The notes under the pieces: model-generated
Database searches by the model: none
What the model saw: only the letters and a program-made list of their open reading frames with translations
What the model was told of the DNA's origin: nothing
Made by a program: the position numbers and the translations under genes
Source of the DNA: an uncultured cyanobacterium
Lineage (GTDB): Bacteria; Cyanobacteriota; Cyanobacteriia; Cyanobacteriales; Nostocaceae
Assembly (NCBI GenBank): GCA_963740315.1
Contig: CAVUDP010000002.1
Location: forward strand, 3,744,001-3,808,000
Length of the DNA stretch: 64,000 bases
Direction of reading: 5' to 3'
Shown: positions 19,664 to 29,216 of the stretch, one piece after another
How the letters are laid out: each line of letters opens with the position of its first letter
Position numbering within the stretch: position 1 is the first letter of the stretch

Positions 19664-20038
19664 TTATTCGGAGAGTCTGCTAAAGGCTTTGATTTGTTCA
19701 AATTCTTTAGCCCGTTTTTGTATTTGATCGCCAATGCGATCGCAAACTAATTCGCATAAATCGAAAATTACAGGGTCGCTGATAGAATAATAAACGCTAA
19801 TACCTTTTTGCTGACGCGATACCAAACCGGCTTGAGTTAAAACTTTTAAATGCTTTGAGAGATTCGCCTGTCCCAAACCCGTTGCTTCACCCATTTCTGT
19901 CACGTTCATTGCTCCGGTTCTCAGACAACTTAAAATCTGCAAGCGACTTGTTTCAGACAGTACCTTAAAATACTCAGCAACGGGAGCAAGTACTTCTGGA
20001 GAATTCTTTGGAGGAACATTCTTTGACATAAGCATCAA
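19664..20038 (-). CDS. ArsR/SmtB-family repressor, probable persulfide sensor
   Basis: FKVLSETSRLQILSCL, QANLSKHLKVL, DLCELVC; inside the sulfur cluster. Confidence 0.85.
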   Translation of the reverse strand: MMLMSKNVPPKNSPEVLAPVAEYFKVLSETSRLQILSCLRTGAMNVTEMGEATGLGQANLSKHLKVLTQAGLVSRQQKGISVYYSISDPVIFDLCELVCDRIGDQIQKRAKEFEQIKAFSRLSE

Positions 20039-20054
20039 GTTAATTGTACTAATT

Positions 20055-20074
20055 ATATTACCATATAGTTATAG
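20055..20074. promoter_or_regulatory. ArsR-type operator ATATTACCA-TA-TAGTTATAG (autoregulatory)
   Basis: Overlaps TATAAT on the minus strand just upstream of the repressor gene. Confidence 0.65.
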
Positions 20075-20180
20075 TAATAGATAATTTTGTGAAAATAACC
20101 TAAATTGCTTTTTAACAAAGCAAGTAATACTTTCATCTTCAGTTTAGGCTAAGAAAATTAGGCAGCAATTATTAATTAAT

Positions 20181-20963
20181 TTATCTCTGCACCAAAATGT
20201 ATACAGCAACGGCAATCACAAAGTAACCAAAACTTTTTTCTAGTAGCTTAGGCTTAACAAATTTAGTTAAATATGCACCAGAGATAGTACCTAAACTAGC
20301 AGCTATTGTAAAAATTATCATTATGTTTACATCTACAGGTACTTGACCAAAATAACCAGCAAATCCAGCCAGAGATTTAAAAGTAATAATTAATAATGAT
20401 GTACCCACCGCTTCTTTCATTGGTGTTTTACCTAATAAAACTAATGCAGGAATAATCATAAATCCACCACCAACACCAACAAAACCAGTAACTATTCCTA
20501 CTATCAAACCTTCTATAGGTATCATCAAAAGACGATATTGACTGTCATGTTTTGAGTTTAATAAATCATCTTGTTGCTTGTTGTCAGATGTACGGCTACT
20601 TTTACGAATCATAAAGAAAGCAGCTACTAACATCATTACAGCAAAACAAATTAGCTGAATTGTAGGGTCGATTATGGGAAGTGAAGCAATTCTAGCACCC
20701 ATATATGCTCCTAACATTGCAGCAGGAGAAAAAAGTAAGGCTGTTTTGAAATTCACATTACCTTGTAGCCAATGGGGGATAACACCAATGAGACTAACTG
20801 CACCAACAATAACTAATGTCATTGCAACGGCAGACTTTGTTTCTACTCCCATGACGTATTTAAGTATTGGCAAAGCTAAAATAGAACCGCCTCCGCCAAT
20901 CAATCCTAAAGTGATACCAATGCAAACTGCTAACAATGTTCCAACTATCAATTTCATTATCAT
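20181..20963 (-). CDS. TauE/SafE sulfite exporter family protein
   Basis: GLIGGGGSIL, GFVGVGGGFMIIPAL, AVGTSL. Confidence 0.9.
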   Translation of the reverse strand: MIMKLIVGTLLAVCIGITLGLIGGGGSILALPILKYVMGVETKSAVAMTLVIVGAVSLIGVIPHWLQGNVNFKTALLFSPAAMLGAYMGARIASLPIIDPTIQLICFAVMMLVAAFFMIRKSSRTSDNKQQDDLLNSKHDSQYRLLMIPIEGLIVGIVTGFVGVGGGFMIIPALVLLGKTPMKEAVGTSLLIITFKSLAGFAGYFGQVPVDVNIMIIFTIAASLGTISGAYLTKFVKPKLLEKSFGYFVIAVAVYILVQR

Positions 20964-21047
20964 CGAGTTACTGTATTTGCTAGGAGCTAAACAAAATAAG
21001 AAGATACAAAGCTATCTTCTTATTTCAACTAAATAAAGAAAAGCTTC

Positions 21048-21623
21048 TTACCTTTGATTCCACGGCATCTTTGCCAACAACATACCTAAAGCACAGGTAT
21101 CAGTTACACCAGCAAATACTAATCCTGAGCCAATAAATCCACTCAGAATTAAAAACCAAGGGGAAATAAACGCACCAAGTAAAGTACCTATAACTACTAA
21201 AGAACCTGCGACTATTTGTACCTGACGCATTATACTAATAAGCGCATTTTCACTCTTTTCTACTGGATATCCTGCTTGTTTCCAAGCATTTAGTCCACCT
21301 TCAAGATGAGTGACTTGATTAAATCCATCTGCAAACAACTTTTGTGCTGCTTGTGCCGAACGTCTACCGCTCTGACAATGTAAAACTATTTTTTTACCTT
21401 CAGATGAAGGTATTTTTGTCGAGTCCAAATTTGAAAGTGATACCCTTGTTGCGCCCTTAATTCTTTCTCCAGCATATTCGCCAGCTTCTCTAACATCAAC
21501 TAAAACAACGGTTCCCTCTTTCAAGCATTCTTGAAGTGTTTTAGCATCAATTGTTTGTAGTTGAACGTTAATATTTTCTCTATTAGTTGCTGTCATTTTC
21601 CTATTCCTTTGGTTATTATTCAA
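21048..21623 (-). CDS. membrane rhodanese (YgaP/DUF2892-like)
   Basis: HCQSGRRS; RQVQIVAG...TDTCALGMLLAKMPWN. Confidence 0.88.
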   Translation of the reverse strand: MNNNQRNRKMTATNRENINVQLQTIDAKTLQECLKEGTVVLVDVREAGEYAGERIKGATRVSLSNLDSTKIPSSEGKKIVLHCQSGRRSAQAAQKLFADGFNQVTHLEGGLNAWKQAGYPVEKSENALISIMRQVQIVAGSLVVIGTLLGAFISPWFLILSGFIGSGLVFAGVTDTCALGMLLAKMPWNQR

Positions 21624-21644
21624 TGAGGGCTTATATATCTGCGG

Positions 21645-22340
21645 CTATGCCGCATCTAAGTTACCGCAACGCTCGTTTGCAGGCACGGCTTCCATAATTT
21701 TTTGTGGCATTGGAAGATTCAAGTTCTTCATAAATTCAATGAATTCCTCCCGACTTCTATCAGTAAATCGCGGATTCAACCTTCTCTCTTCACCAATAGT
21801 AGACACCGTATGTCCTCGATAATCGTGGGCTGGATAAACTAAAGTTTCCAAGGGTAAACTAAATAGCCTCTGAGTAACAGATTCATATAAAATTCCCGAA
21901 TCTCCACTCTGAAAATCTGTGCGTCCGCAGCCACGAATCAATAAAGCATCTCCAGTTAACAAATGAGTACCGTTGACAAGATAAGCCATGTGGCTATCTG
22001 TATGACCGGGAGTTGCGATCGCTTTTATTTCTACTTTTCCTAGCTGTAATATCTCTTCATGTTTAATGTACTTATCAGCACAGGCAGCATCAGCATTTTC
22101 TGGTACAACACTAAGGCAACCAGTTTCTTCTCGAAGTTTACCTGTAGCAGTGATATGGTCGGCATGAAGATGAGTTTCCAAACAATAGCGTAGATTTAAA
22201 CCTAAATCTTTAATAAGTTTTAAATCGCGACTAAGTTGTTCTAATACTGGATCTACTAATACAGCTTCTTGAGTATCTGTATCGGCAATTAGATACGTAT
22301 AAGTACTTGATTCTGTGTCAAACAATTGGCGAAATAGCAT
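21645..22340 (-). CDS. persulfide (sulfur) dioxygenase, ETHE1-like MBL fold
   Basis: MLFRQLFD, ETHLHADHIT, PGHT, GCGRTDFQ, YPAHDY, AVPAN. Confidence 0.92.
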   Translation of the reverse strand: MLFRQLFDTESSTYTYLIADTDTQEAVLVDPVLEQLSRDLKLIKDLGLNLRYCLETHLHADHITATGKLREETGCLSVVPENADAACADKYIKHEEILQLGKVEIKAIATPGHTDSHMAYLVNGTHLLTGDALLIRGCGRTDFQSGDSGILYESVTQRLFSLPLETLVYPAHDYRGHTVSTIGEERRLNPRFTDRSREEFIEFMKNLNLPMPQKIMEAVPANERCGNLDAA

Positions 22341-22430
22341 AGTAATAATTCTTTGAAGTGTTGTAAGATCAACTATTTATCCTTAAGAGGACATATTAGC
22401 TAGCAGCTAAATTTTAGATTTTCTTCTCTA

Positions 22431-22462
22431 TTAATCATATTACCACATGGTAATATGATTAA
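22431..22462. promoter_or_regulatory. ArsR-type operator TTAATCATATTACCA-CA-TGGTAATATGATTAA
   Basis: Perfect 15-2-15 palindrome next to TTGAC on the minus strand, upstream of the dioxygenase operon. Confidence 0.8.
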
Positions 22463-22590
22463 GTCAAGTTAGTGGCTGCAAGGAGAAGAATAGCATTAGC
22501 ATTTTGGGTATTTTGGGCAAAAATTTTTAAGAAAACGACCGAACAGAAGCTAAACAAAAGCTAAAAATAACGGGAGTTATGTCCTAGTAG

Positions 22591-23921
22591 ACTATTTCCC
22601 CGACAAATCTCGACATTTCCGTACAACAGACGGTGCAATATTGTTTTTAAATAAAATTTACATAAACATCCTAGACTTGCTCCAACTTTTTATAGTAATT
22701 TATGCTTGTGGTTGGTTGCTTGTATAATCATTTATTTTCATTGTTTATCTGTGTTGTTAACTTCTATTAAAACAAAGTTAAAATTGACATCATCACAAAA
22801 AATTATGATGTCAAAACATGCTGGCATATCCCGATTTACCTATAATTGGGGACTTGCAACTTGGCAAGCTTTGTATAGAGAAGGACATCAACCAAATCAT
22901 TCTATTTTAAAGAAATTTTTTAATAATGAAGTTAAGCCTGCTTTACCTTGGATAAAAGAGAAAGGTATTTGTCAAAAAATTACAGAATTTGCTTTTAATA
23001 ATTTAGGGAAAGCTTTTAAAAATTTCTTTGCTAAACGTGCAGAATATCCCAAATTTAAAAGAAAAGGTAAAAACGATAGTTTTACAATTAATGCAAGTGG
23101 TAGACCAATAAATATAAGTGGCAAACGTATTAAATTACCTACCATTGGTTGGGTTTCAACTTATGAGGTTTTGCCTCATACAACAACCACAACCTTTACT
23201 ATATCAAGAATAGCGGGGGATTGGTATATTTCTTTTTCTTATGAAATAGAACCGGACATCACCCAAAAACAATATGATTACGTGGGGGTTGATTTAGGGA
23301 TAAAAACCTTAGCCACTTTATCAACAGGAGTAATTTTTTTTAATCCCAAAGCTTCTCGGGGTGCTAGAAAAAAATTAGCTTCCCTACAACGTCAGTTATC
23401 TCGAAAAGTCAGAGGTAGTAATCGTTATCAAAAACAAAAACTGAGGATATCAAAATTACATCGACGTATTAGAAACATACGTCTAGATGCAACTCATAAA
23501 GCAACAACATTTATTTGCAAAAACCACGCAGTAGTTGCTTTGGAAGATTTAAATACTTCAGGGATGTTGAAAAATCACAAATTAGCTGGTGTTATTAGTG
23601 ATGCTAATTTCTATGAATTTCGCAGACAAGTAGAATATAAAGTAATTAGATATGGTGGAACACTCATAAAAGTTGATAGATTTTACCCATCTAGTAAAAC
23701 TTGTTCCAATTGTGGAGAAATTCAAGAAATTAGTCTGTCACAACGAGTTTATGTGTGTCAAAAATGTGATTACACTCACGACAGAGATCTAAATGCATCC
23801 CAAAATTTGGAAAAATATGCACGGTTGGCTAAACCGTGTCTGGACGTTAAGGGATAACCGCTCCTATGCTCCCGTTGAAACGTCAAGTAATGTCGGGCTT
23901 TGTCCTGGTTTTATGTAGCAG
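22591..23921 (+). mobile_element. non-autonomous TnpB element, IS607-like ends
   Basis: Left CCCGACAAATCTCGACA mirrors right TGTCGGGCTTTGTCC; right end ...ATGTAGCAG; left boundary approximate; no intact tnpA. Confidence 0.6.
22751..23857 (+). CDS. tnpB: RNA-guided endonuclease TnpB
   Basis: RFTYNWGL, GVDLGIK, ALEDLN, CSNC/CQKC, DRDLNAS; GTG 22751 is the likely start. Confidence 0.93.
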   Translation: MLLTSIKTKLKLTSSQKIMMSKHAGISRFTYNWGLATWQALYREGHQPNHSILKKFFNNEVKPALPWIKEKGICQKITEFAFNNLGKAFKNFFAKRAEYPKFKRKGKNDSFTINASGRPINISGKRIKLPTIGWVSTYEVLPHTTTTTFTISRIAGDWYISFSYEIEPDITQKQYDYVGVDLGIKTLATLSTGVIFFNPKASRGARKKLASLQRQLSRKVRGSNRYQKQKLRISKLHRRIRNIRLDATHKATTFICKNHAVVALEDLNTSGMLKNHKLAGVISDANFYEFRRQVEYKVIRYGGTLIKVDRFYPSSKTCSNCGEIQEISLSQRVYVCQKCDYTHDRDLNASQNLEKYARLAKPCLDVKG

Positions 23922-23924
23922 ATT

Positions 23925-24239
23925 ATGGATTTTTTATCTAACACAGTCATATTGTCGCGGATGCAATTTGCTTTGACCAGCATATTTCATATGTTGTGGC
24001 CCGTATTGACTACTGGTATGGGGATATACTTAGTGATTGTTGAAGGCTTGTGGTTAAAAACACGCGATTCTGATTATTATCACCACGCTCGCTTTTGGTC
24101 AAAATTATATGTTCTCAATTTTGGTATTGGTGTAGCATCTGGCTTACCAATGGAATTCCAGTTTGGTACTAATTGGGCACCGTTGCTAACCCCTCGAATT
24201 CTACAAATCTACATCAGCACGGATTCTATATTTGACTAA
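23925..24239 (+). pseudogene. cydA: cytochrome bd oxidase subunit I, 5' fragment
   Basis: LSRMQFALTSIFHMLWP...FQFGTNWAP, then unrelated sequence after ~24185. Confidence 0.9.
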
Positions 24240-24797
24240 ATCTAGCAATAATATCGCCTTCGCCAATTATTTGTGTCTTTCTTGTCAAGCTATACCGTAT
24301 AAATACTAGCGACATCTTTACACGTATAAATTAAATTTGAGATGAAGCGATTGTAAGTTAGCTTACATATTTTTTTTAATTATTTAAGATTACTATCAAT
24401 GAAACTCAGGTGCTATCTATGTTTTATAATTTTTTACAAGAAAACAAGTTTATAAATTTTTCTTTATTTATCCAGATGACTTGATATGAATTGCGTAACT
24501 GATGATACTTGTTGAAAGTCAGGTCAAAGTTGCATTTCAGTTTACAGGTGACACTTATTAGGGCTGTGGAATTATATTTACGGTAAGGATACTTATCTAT
24601 TTCACCAAGTGAATAAACTTGTGTGACAATTCTATTTGCAATTTTAACGATATGAGCGCAGTAGGCAGATATAAATCTGACTAATGCCAATCTTTCATGC
24701 TTTCAATTATCCACAATTACTACAAAGTTGAATCAGCTTTGCAGATATATCGTGCTACAAATTTCCTAAAAAATATATAATATAACAGGGTATAAAT

Positions 24798-27700
24798 ATG
24801 GTCGTCGCATTAGAAGTACAACAGTCAATCCAATCTTCACTCAAAAATTTAAACAATCTCGAATCACTAAAAAAACTATTTTGGAGTCAATTAAATTACG
24901 AACGAGAAAATAAAAAACTTTCGCGGCGAAAATTAACTGATGCGGTTACTAATGTAGTTGAAGACGAACCTTTATTATTAGCTTCTGGAGCTAGTAAAGA
25001 TTTTCATGTAATTTATACTCGTTTAAAATCACAAGATTTATCCAGACAAGATCAAAGAGTAGTTGTCAATCATCTGCTTAAAGAGCATCCCTACGCTTTA
25101 TTTATCTTTTCTAATCGAGCGCGATCGCGTTGGCATTTTCTCAATGTCAAGTATGATGATTCACCGCAAAAACGTAGATTATTCCGTCGTATCACCGTTG
25201 GGGAAGGAGAACAATTACGCACTGCAACAGAAAGAATTGCTTTATTAGATTTAGAAACTATCAAAGCAGATGCAGCACCCTTGGATATTCAGACGCTCCA
25301 CGACGAAGCATTTGATGTAGAGGCTGTTACAGAAGAATTTTTCCAAGAGTACCGCAAGACTTTTGAGAAGGTAGAAGGATTAATAAAATGGTCGGTTGAT
25401 TCGGAAAACAAGCGGTTATTTACGCAAAAGCTGTTTAACCGTTTGATGTTTGTTAGGTTTATTGAAAAGAAAGGTTGGTTGAAGTTACAGAAGAGAACTG
25501 ATTATTTATCAGCCTTGTGGGAATCATACCAAGAACAATGTAGAGACGTTACATGTAACGTCTCCACAACCCCGAACTTTTATAGAGACAGACTACAACA
25601 CCTTTTCTTCTCTGGACTAAATAACCCTCAAGAACACGACATCACCGGAATTAATAATGGTGGTTTTCTCAAAGATTTAATTGGTAGCGTACCTTACCTG
25701 AATGGTGGTTTATTTGAACGTGGTGAAGATGATGAAAATCCCCAAATCATCATTCCAGATGACTGCATAGATAGTATTTTACACGACTTATTTCAACGTT
25801 TTGCATTCACCGTTACCGAGAGTACACCGCTTGATGTGGAGGTAGCCGTAGACCCGGAAATGTTGGGGAAAGTGTTCGAGGAACTTGTGACTGGCAGACA
25901 TGAATCAGGGAGCTATTATACCCCTAAACCGATTGTATCTTTCATGTGTCGTGAGGCTTTAAAAGGCTATTTAAAAACAGAGATTTCAGCAGAATCTAAA
26001 GATGCAGTAGCAGAATTTGTTGACGAACATAACCCCGATAATCTAGTTAATCCAGAATCCGTATTAGAAGCATTACGTAAAGTTAGATGCTGCGATTTAG
26101 CTGCTGGAAGTGGGGCTTACTTATTAGGAATGCTTCACGAATTATTAGATTTACGTCAATGCTTATTTGCAACTAAGGGGCTAGATTCTAATACTGTTTA
26201 TCAACGCAAGCTAGATATAATTGAAAACAATCTTTATGGTGTAGATAAAGATGTATTTGCGGTTAATATTGCGCGATTGAGGTTATGGTTATCGTTAGCT
26301 GTTGAGTATCAAGGTGAAAAGCCGAAACCATTACCAAATTTAAAATATAAAATCGAGATTGGAGATAGTTTAATTGCACCTAGCCCTGCAACTACAGGAA
26401 TGATTAGGACTGAGATTGTCAAAAATTACCACCAAAAGAAAGCCGAATATATGCGGACTCATGAAGGTGGAAAGAAAAAGAAATTAGAAGGGGAAATTAA
26501 TGAGTTAAAAGTTCAAATTGCTTTGGTAACTCATGGAAGTACAAAAGTAGACGGGTTTGATTGGGCTGTTGAGTTTGCAGAAGTTTTTGCTGATGGGGGT
26601 TTTGAAATTGTCTTAGCAAATCCGCCCTATGTACGGATGGAATTATTTAAAGAAATCAAGCCTACTTTGAAAAAGAATTTCCCAGAAGTTCATGGCGATC
26701 GCGCTGATTTATGCTGTTATTTCTATGGACGTGCTTTACAACTTTTATGTGATGGTGGAATGTTAGCATTCATATCTTCTAATAAATGGCTTCGCGCAAA
26801 ATATGGAGAAAAGTTACGAAAGTACATTGCTAACAGTTGTCAAGTTTATAGTATTACAGATTTTGGTGACTTACCTGTTTTTAAAAGTGCAACTGCATAT
26901 CCAATGATTTTCCTTGCTAAAAATGAATATATAGCAGCGGAGTCAATTAAATTTACTCAGGTTCAATCCTTAAAATCTCCTTATCCTGATTTATTAACTT
27001 TAATTCAGGAAAAAGGACAATCTTTACCATTTACAGCTATAAAAGGCTCAAACTGGATGCTAACTAATGCTTCTTCGGCTAATCGACTTAAAAAGATGGA
27101 AGAAGTCGGTATACCATTAAGTGAGTATGTTAAAGGTCAAATATATTATGGTATAAAAACTGGTTTTAACGAAGCATTTATTATTGATGGTTTAAAAAAG
27201 ACTGAATTGATTGTTAAAAAACCTGAAAGTAGAGAATTTATCAAGCAGTTAATAGTAGGTAGAAATATTCGTAAGTGGTGTATTGATTATCAAGACAAGT
27301 ACTTACTCTATACATATCATGGTATAAACACAAAAGATATAACATCTATTATTGAACATTTACAAGTATATAGAGAAAAGCTTGAGGGAAGGGCAACAAA
27401 GCAGCAATGGTATGAGTTACAGCAACCCCAGTTACGTTATGCTTCTAGCTTTATTAAACCAAAAATAGTATTTCCTGATATTGCAAAAGAACCACGTTTT
27501 GGACTTGATGCAACTGGTGCATATACTAACGACACAACGTTTACAATTCCAAGAAATGATCTATATTTGCTTGGAGTATTAAATTCTTTATCCGTAAAAC
27601 AATTTTTTATTGAAATTGGCGCACAAGTGCGAGGAGGATATTTACGTTTCAAGCGACAATATGTTGAAAAAATCCCCATCCCAAACGCCTCAACAACCGA

Positions 27701-27812
27701 ACGCGAAGCAATATCCAAACTTGTCCAAAAATGCCTAGATGCAAAAGGGGTTAACTGCGAAGCATGGGAAAAAGAAATAGATAATCGCGTCGCTGCTCTT
27801 TACGGACTGTAG
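24798..27812 (+). CDS. large N6-adenine DNA methyltransferase (Eco57I/type IIG-like, C-terminal TRD)
   Basis: PYLNGGLF, DPEMLGKVFE, GSYYTP, DLAAGSGAY, NPPY. Confidence 0.88.
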   Translation: MVVALEVQQSIQSSLKNLNNLESLKKLFWSQLNYERENKKLSRRKLTDAVTNVVEDEPLLLASGASKDFHVIYTRLKSQDLSRQDQRVVVNHLLKEHPYALFIFSNRARSRWHFLNVKYDDSPQKRRLFRRITVGEGEQLRTATERIALLDLETIKADAAPLDIQTLHDEAFDVEAVTEEFFQEYRKTFEKVEGLIKWSVDSENKRLFTQKLFNRLMFVRFIEKKGWLKLQKRTDYLSALWESYQEQCRDVTCNVSTTPNFYRDRLQHLFFSGLNNPQEHDITGINNGGFLKDLIGSVPYLNGGLFERGEDDENPQIIIPDDCIDSILHDLFQRFAFTVTESTPLDVEVAVDPEMLGKVFEELVTGRHESGSYYTPKPIVSFMCREALKGYLKTEISAESKDAVAEFVDEHNPDNLVNPESVLEALRKVRCCDLAAGSGAYLLGMLHELLDLRQCLFATKGLDSNTVYQRKLDIIENNLYGVDKDVFAVNIARLRLWLSLAVEYQGEKPKPLPNLKYKIEIGDSLIAPSPATTGMIRTEIVKNYHQKKAEYMRTHEGGKKKKLEGEINELKVQIALVTHGSTKVDGFDWAVEFAEVFADGGFEIVLANPPYVRMELFKEIKPTLKKNFPEVHGDRADLCCYFYGRALQLLCDGGMLAFISSNKWLRAKYGEKLRKYIANSCQVYSITDFGDLPVFKSATAYPMIFLAKNEYIAAESIKFTQVQSLKSPYPDLLTLIQEKGQSLPFTAIKGSNWMLTNASSANRLKKMEEVGIPLSEYVKGQIYYGIKTGFNEAFIIDGLKKTELIVKKPESREFIKQLIVGRNIRKWCIDYQDKYLLYTYHGINTKDITSIIEHLQVYREKLEGRATKQQWYELQQPQLRYASSFIKPKIVFPDIAKEPRFGLDATGAYTNDTTFTIPRNDLYLLGVLNSLSVKQFFIEIGAQVRGGYLRFKRQYVEKIPIPNASTTEREAISKLVQKCLDAKGVNCEAWEKEIDNRVAALYGL
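25540..25567. repeat. REP-like palindrome inserted in frame in the MTase
   Basis: GTAGAGACGTTACATGTAACGTCTCCAC; related intergenic copy at 56065-56089. Confidence 0.75.
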
Positions 27813-27870
27813 CACAATAGAGAGGAGAACAATCTCACTCCGCAGTATTATATTTCTTGAGGCAAAAACT

Positions 27871-28110
27871 ATGCAATCGGCTGTACGTATCACAACCAAA
27901 GTTTTACCAGGAAACAAAATAGAAATTCAAGTTCCAGAAGCTCAAGAAGGCGATAGTGTTGATGTATTTGTAGTCTTGCCAGAAAAAGTAGAAACTAAAA
28001 AGCGTTCGGCAGTAGATATTCTTAATGAGTTACCAGGGAAACAGCTTTTTAAAACTGCTGAAGAAGCGGACAAGTATCTCCAAGAGGAGCGGGAATCATG
28101 GGAACGCTAA
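27871..28110 (+). CDS. putative antitoxin
   Basis: Small ORF overlapping the start of the PIN gene; EERESWE end. Confidence 0.65.
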   Translation: MQSAVRITTKVLPGNKIEIQVPEAQEGDSVDVFVVLPEKVETKKRSAVDILNELPGKQLFKTAEEADKYLQEERESWER

Positions 28111-28541
28111 ATATTCTAACTTCTAGCTTAGTATATCTAGATACCTCACCTGTTATTTATAGCGTTGAGAAGTTTCCTGAATATCTTCCACTACTGGCAC
28201 CTCTATGGTTAAAACTACAAACGGGAGAAATTGAAATTGTTAGCAGTGAATTAATTTTGATGGAAACTTTAGTTCTACCTCTGCGAAATTCTAACTCAAT
28301 TTTAATTAACGCTTATGAGCAGCTTTTAATTTCATCTGAAATGCGACTTATTCCTATTAGTCAATCAATACTGCGACAAGCTGCAAATCTTCGAGCAACA
28401 ACCAGCTTAAAAACACCAGATGCTATTCATGCTGCAACAGCTTTATCTATTAATTGTAATCAATTTATTACAAACGATAAAGGCTTTCGTAATATTCCCG
28501 GTTTACCTGTGGTTATCCTCAGTGAAGTTTTAGCATCTTGA
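28098..28541 (+). CDS. PIN-domain (VapC-like) toxin
   Basis: YLDTS, E, LKTPDAIHAATA, FITND. Confidence 0.88.
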   Translation: MGTLNILTSSLVYLDTSPVIYSVEKFPEYLPLLAPLWLKLQTGEIEIVSSELILMETLVLPLRNSNSILINAYEQLLISSEMRLIPISQSILRQAANLRATTSLKTPDAIHAATALSINCNQFITNDKGFRNIPGLPVVILSEVLAS

Positions 28542-28551
28542 AACTAGAAAT

Positions 28552-28577
28552 GGTGCGTTATGCTTCGTTAACGCACC
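28552..28577. repeat. REP-like hairpin GGTGCGTTA...TAACGCACC
   Basis: 9-bp perfect stem between the PIN and Uma2 genes. Confidence 0.6.
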
Positions 28578-28621
28578 TTGTAAGTAGGATTACAATATCA
28601 ATAAAAGTTGAACAAAAAACC

Positions 28622-29203
28622 ATGCAGTCTCCCATACACATCTTCACCGTTGAAGAATACCTCGAACAAGAACAAACCAGCGAAATCCGTCACGAATACA
28701 TTTGCGGACAAGTATTCGCAATGTCTGGAGGTAGCAAGGAACATAATCTTATAGCTGGAAATATTTACTCACGCTTACGTTCTAATTTACGAGGTGGTTC
28801 CTGTAGCGTCTTCATGGCTGACATGAAAGTAAATATACAACTAGTCAGCCAAAATATTCAAAATACTAAAAATATATATTATTATCCCGATGTCGTTGTT
28901 ACCTGCGACTCAGACGACAACGACCGTTTTTCTTTAGATTATCCTTGCTTAATTATAGAAGTACTTTCACCTAGTACGGAAATAACAGATAGACGAGAAA
29001 AACTTGCTCACTACAGAAGTTTGTCAAGTTTACAAGAATATGTATTAGTTTCCCAAGACGAAATTAAAGTAGAAGTTTATAGTAAAGATTCTCAAGGAAA
29101 TTGGTCGCTAACAATCTTAGGTAAAGATAATGAATTGCATTTGGATTCTATTCGTTTAACCTTAACAATGGCAGAAGTTTACGAAGATGTAATATCAATA
29201 TAA
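28622..29203 (+). CDS. Uma2-family (DUF820) putative endonuclease
   Basis: RHEYICG, YYPDVVV, IIEVLSPST, DRREK; ATG 28622. Confidence 0.88.
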   Translation: MQSPIHIFTVEEYLEQEQTSEIRHEYICGQVFAMSGGSKEHNLIAGNIYSRLRSNLRGGSCSVFMADMKVNIQLVSQNIQNTKNIYYYPDVVVTCDSDDNDRFSLDYPCLIIEVLSPSTEITDRREKLAHYRSLSSLQEYVLVSQDEIKVEVYSKDSQGNWSLTILGKDNELHLDSIRLTLTMAEVYEDVISI

Positions 29204-29216
29204 TATCATAATTATT

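Noticed and set aside
24185..24797. Possible Tn7/CAST transposon end at the cydA breakpoint (TTCGCCAATTATTTGTGTC, GTGACAATT)
   Set aside because: Only isolated weak resemblance to TnsB sites; no terminal TGT with arrayed repeats and no tns genes.
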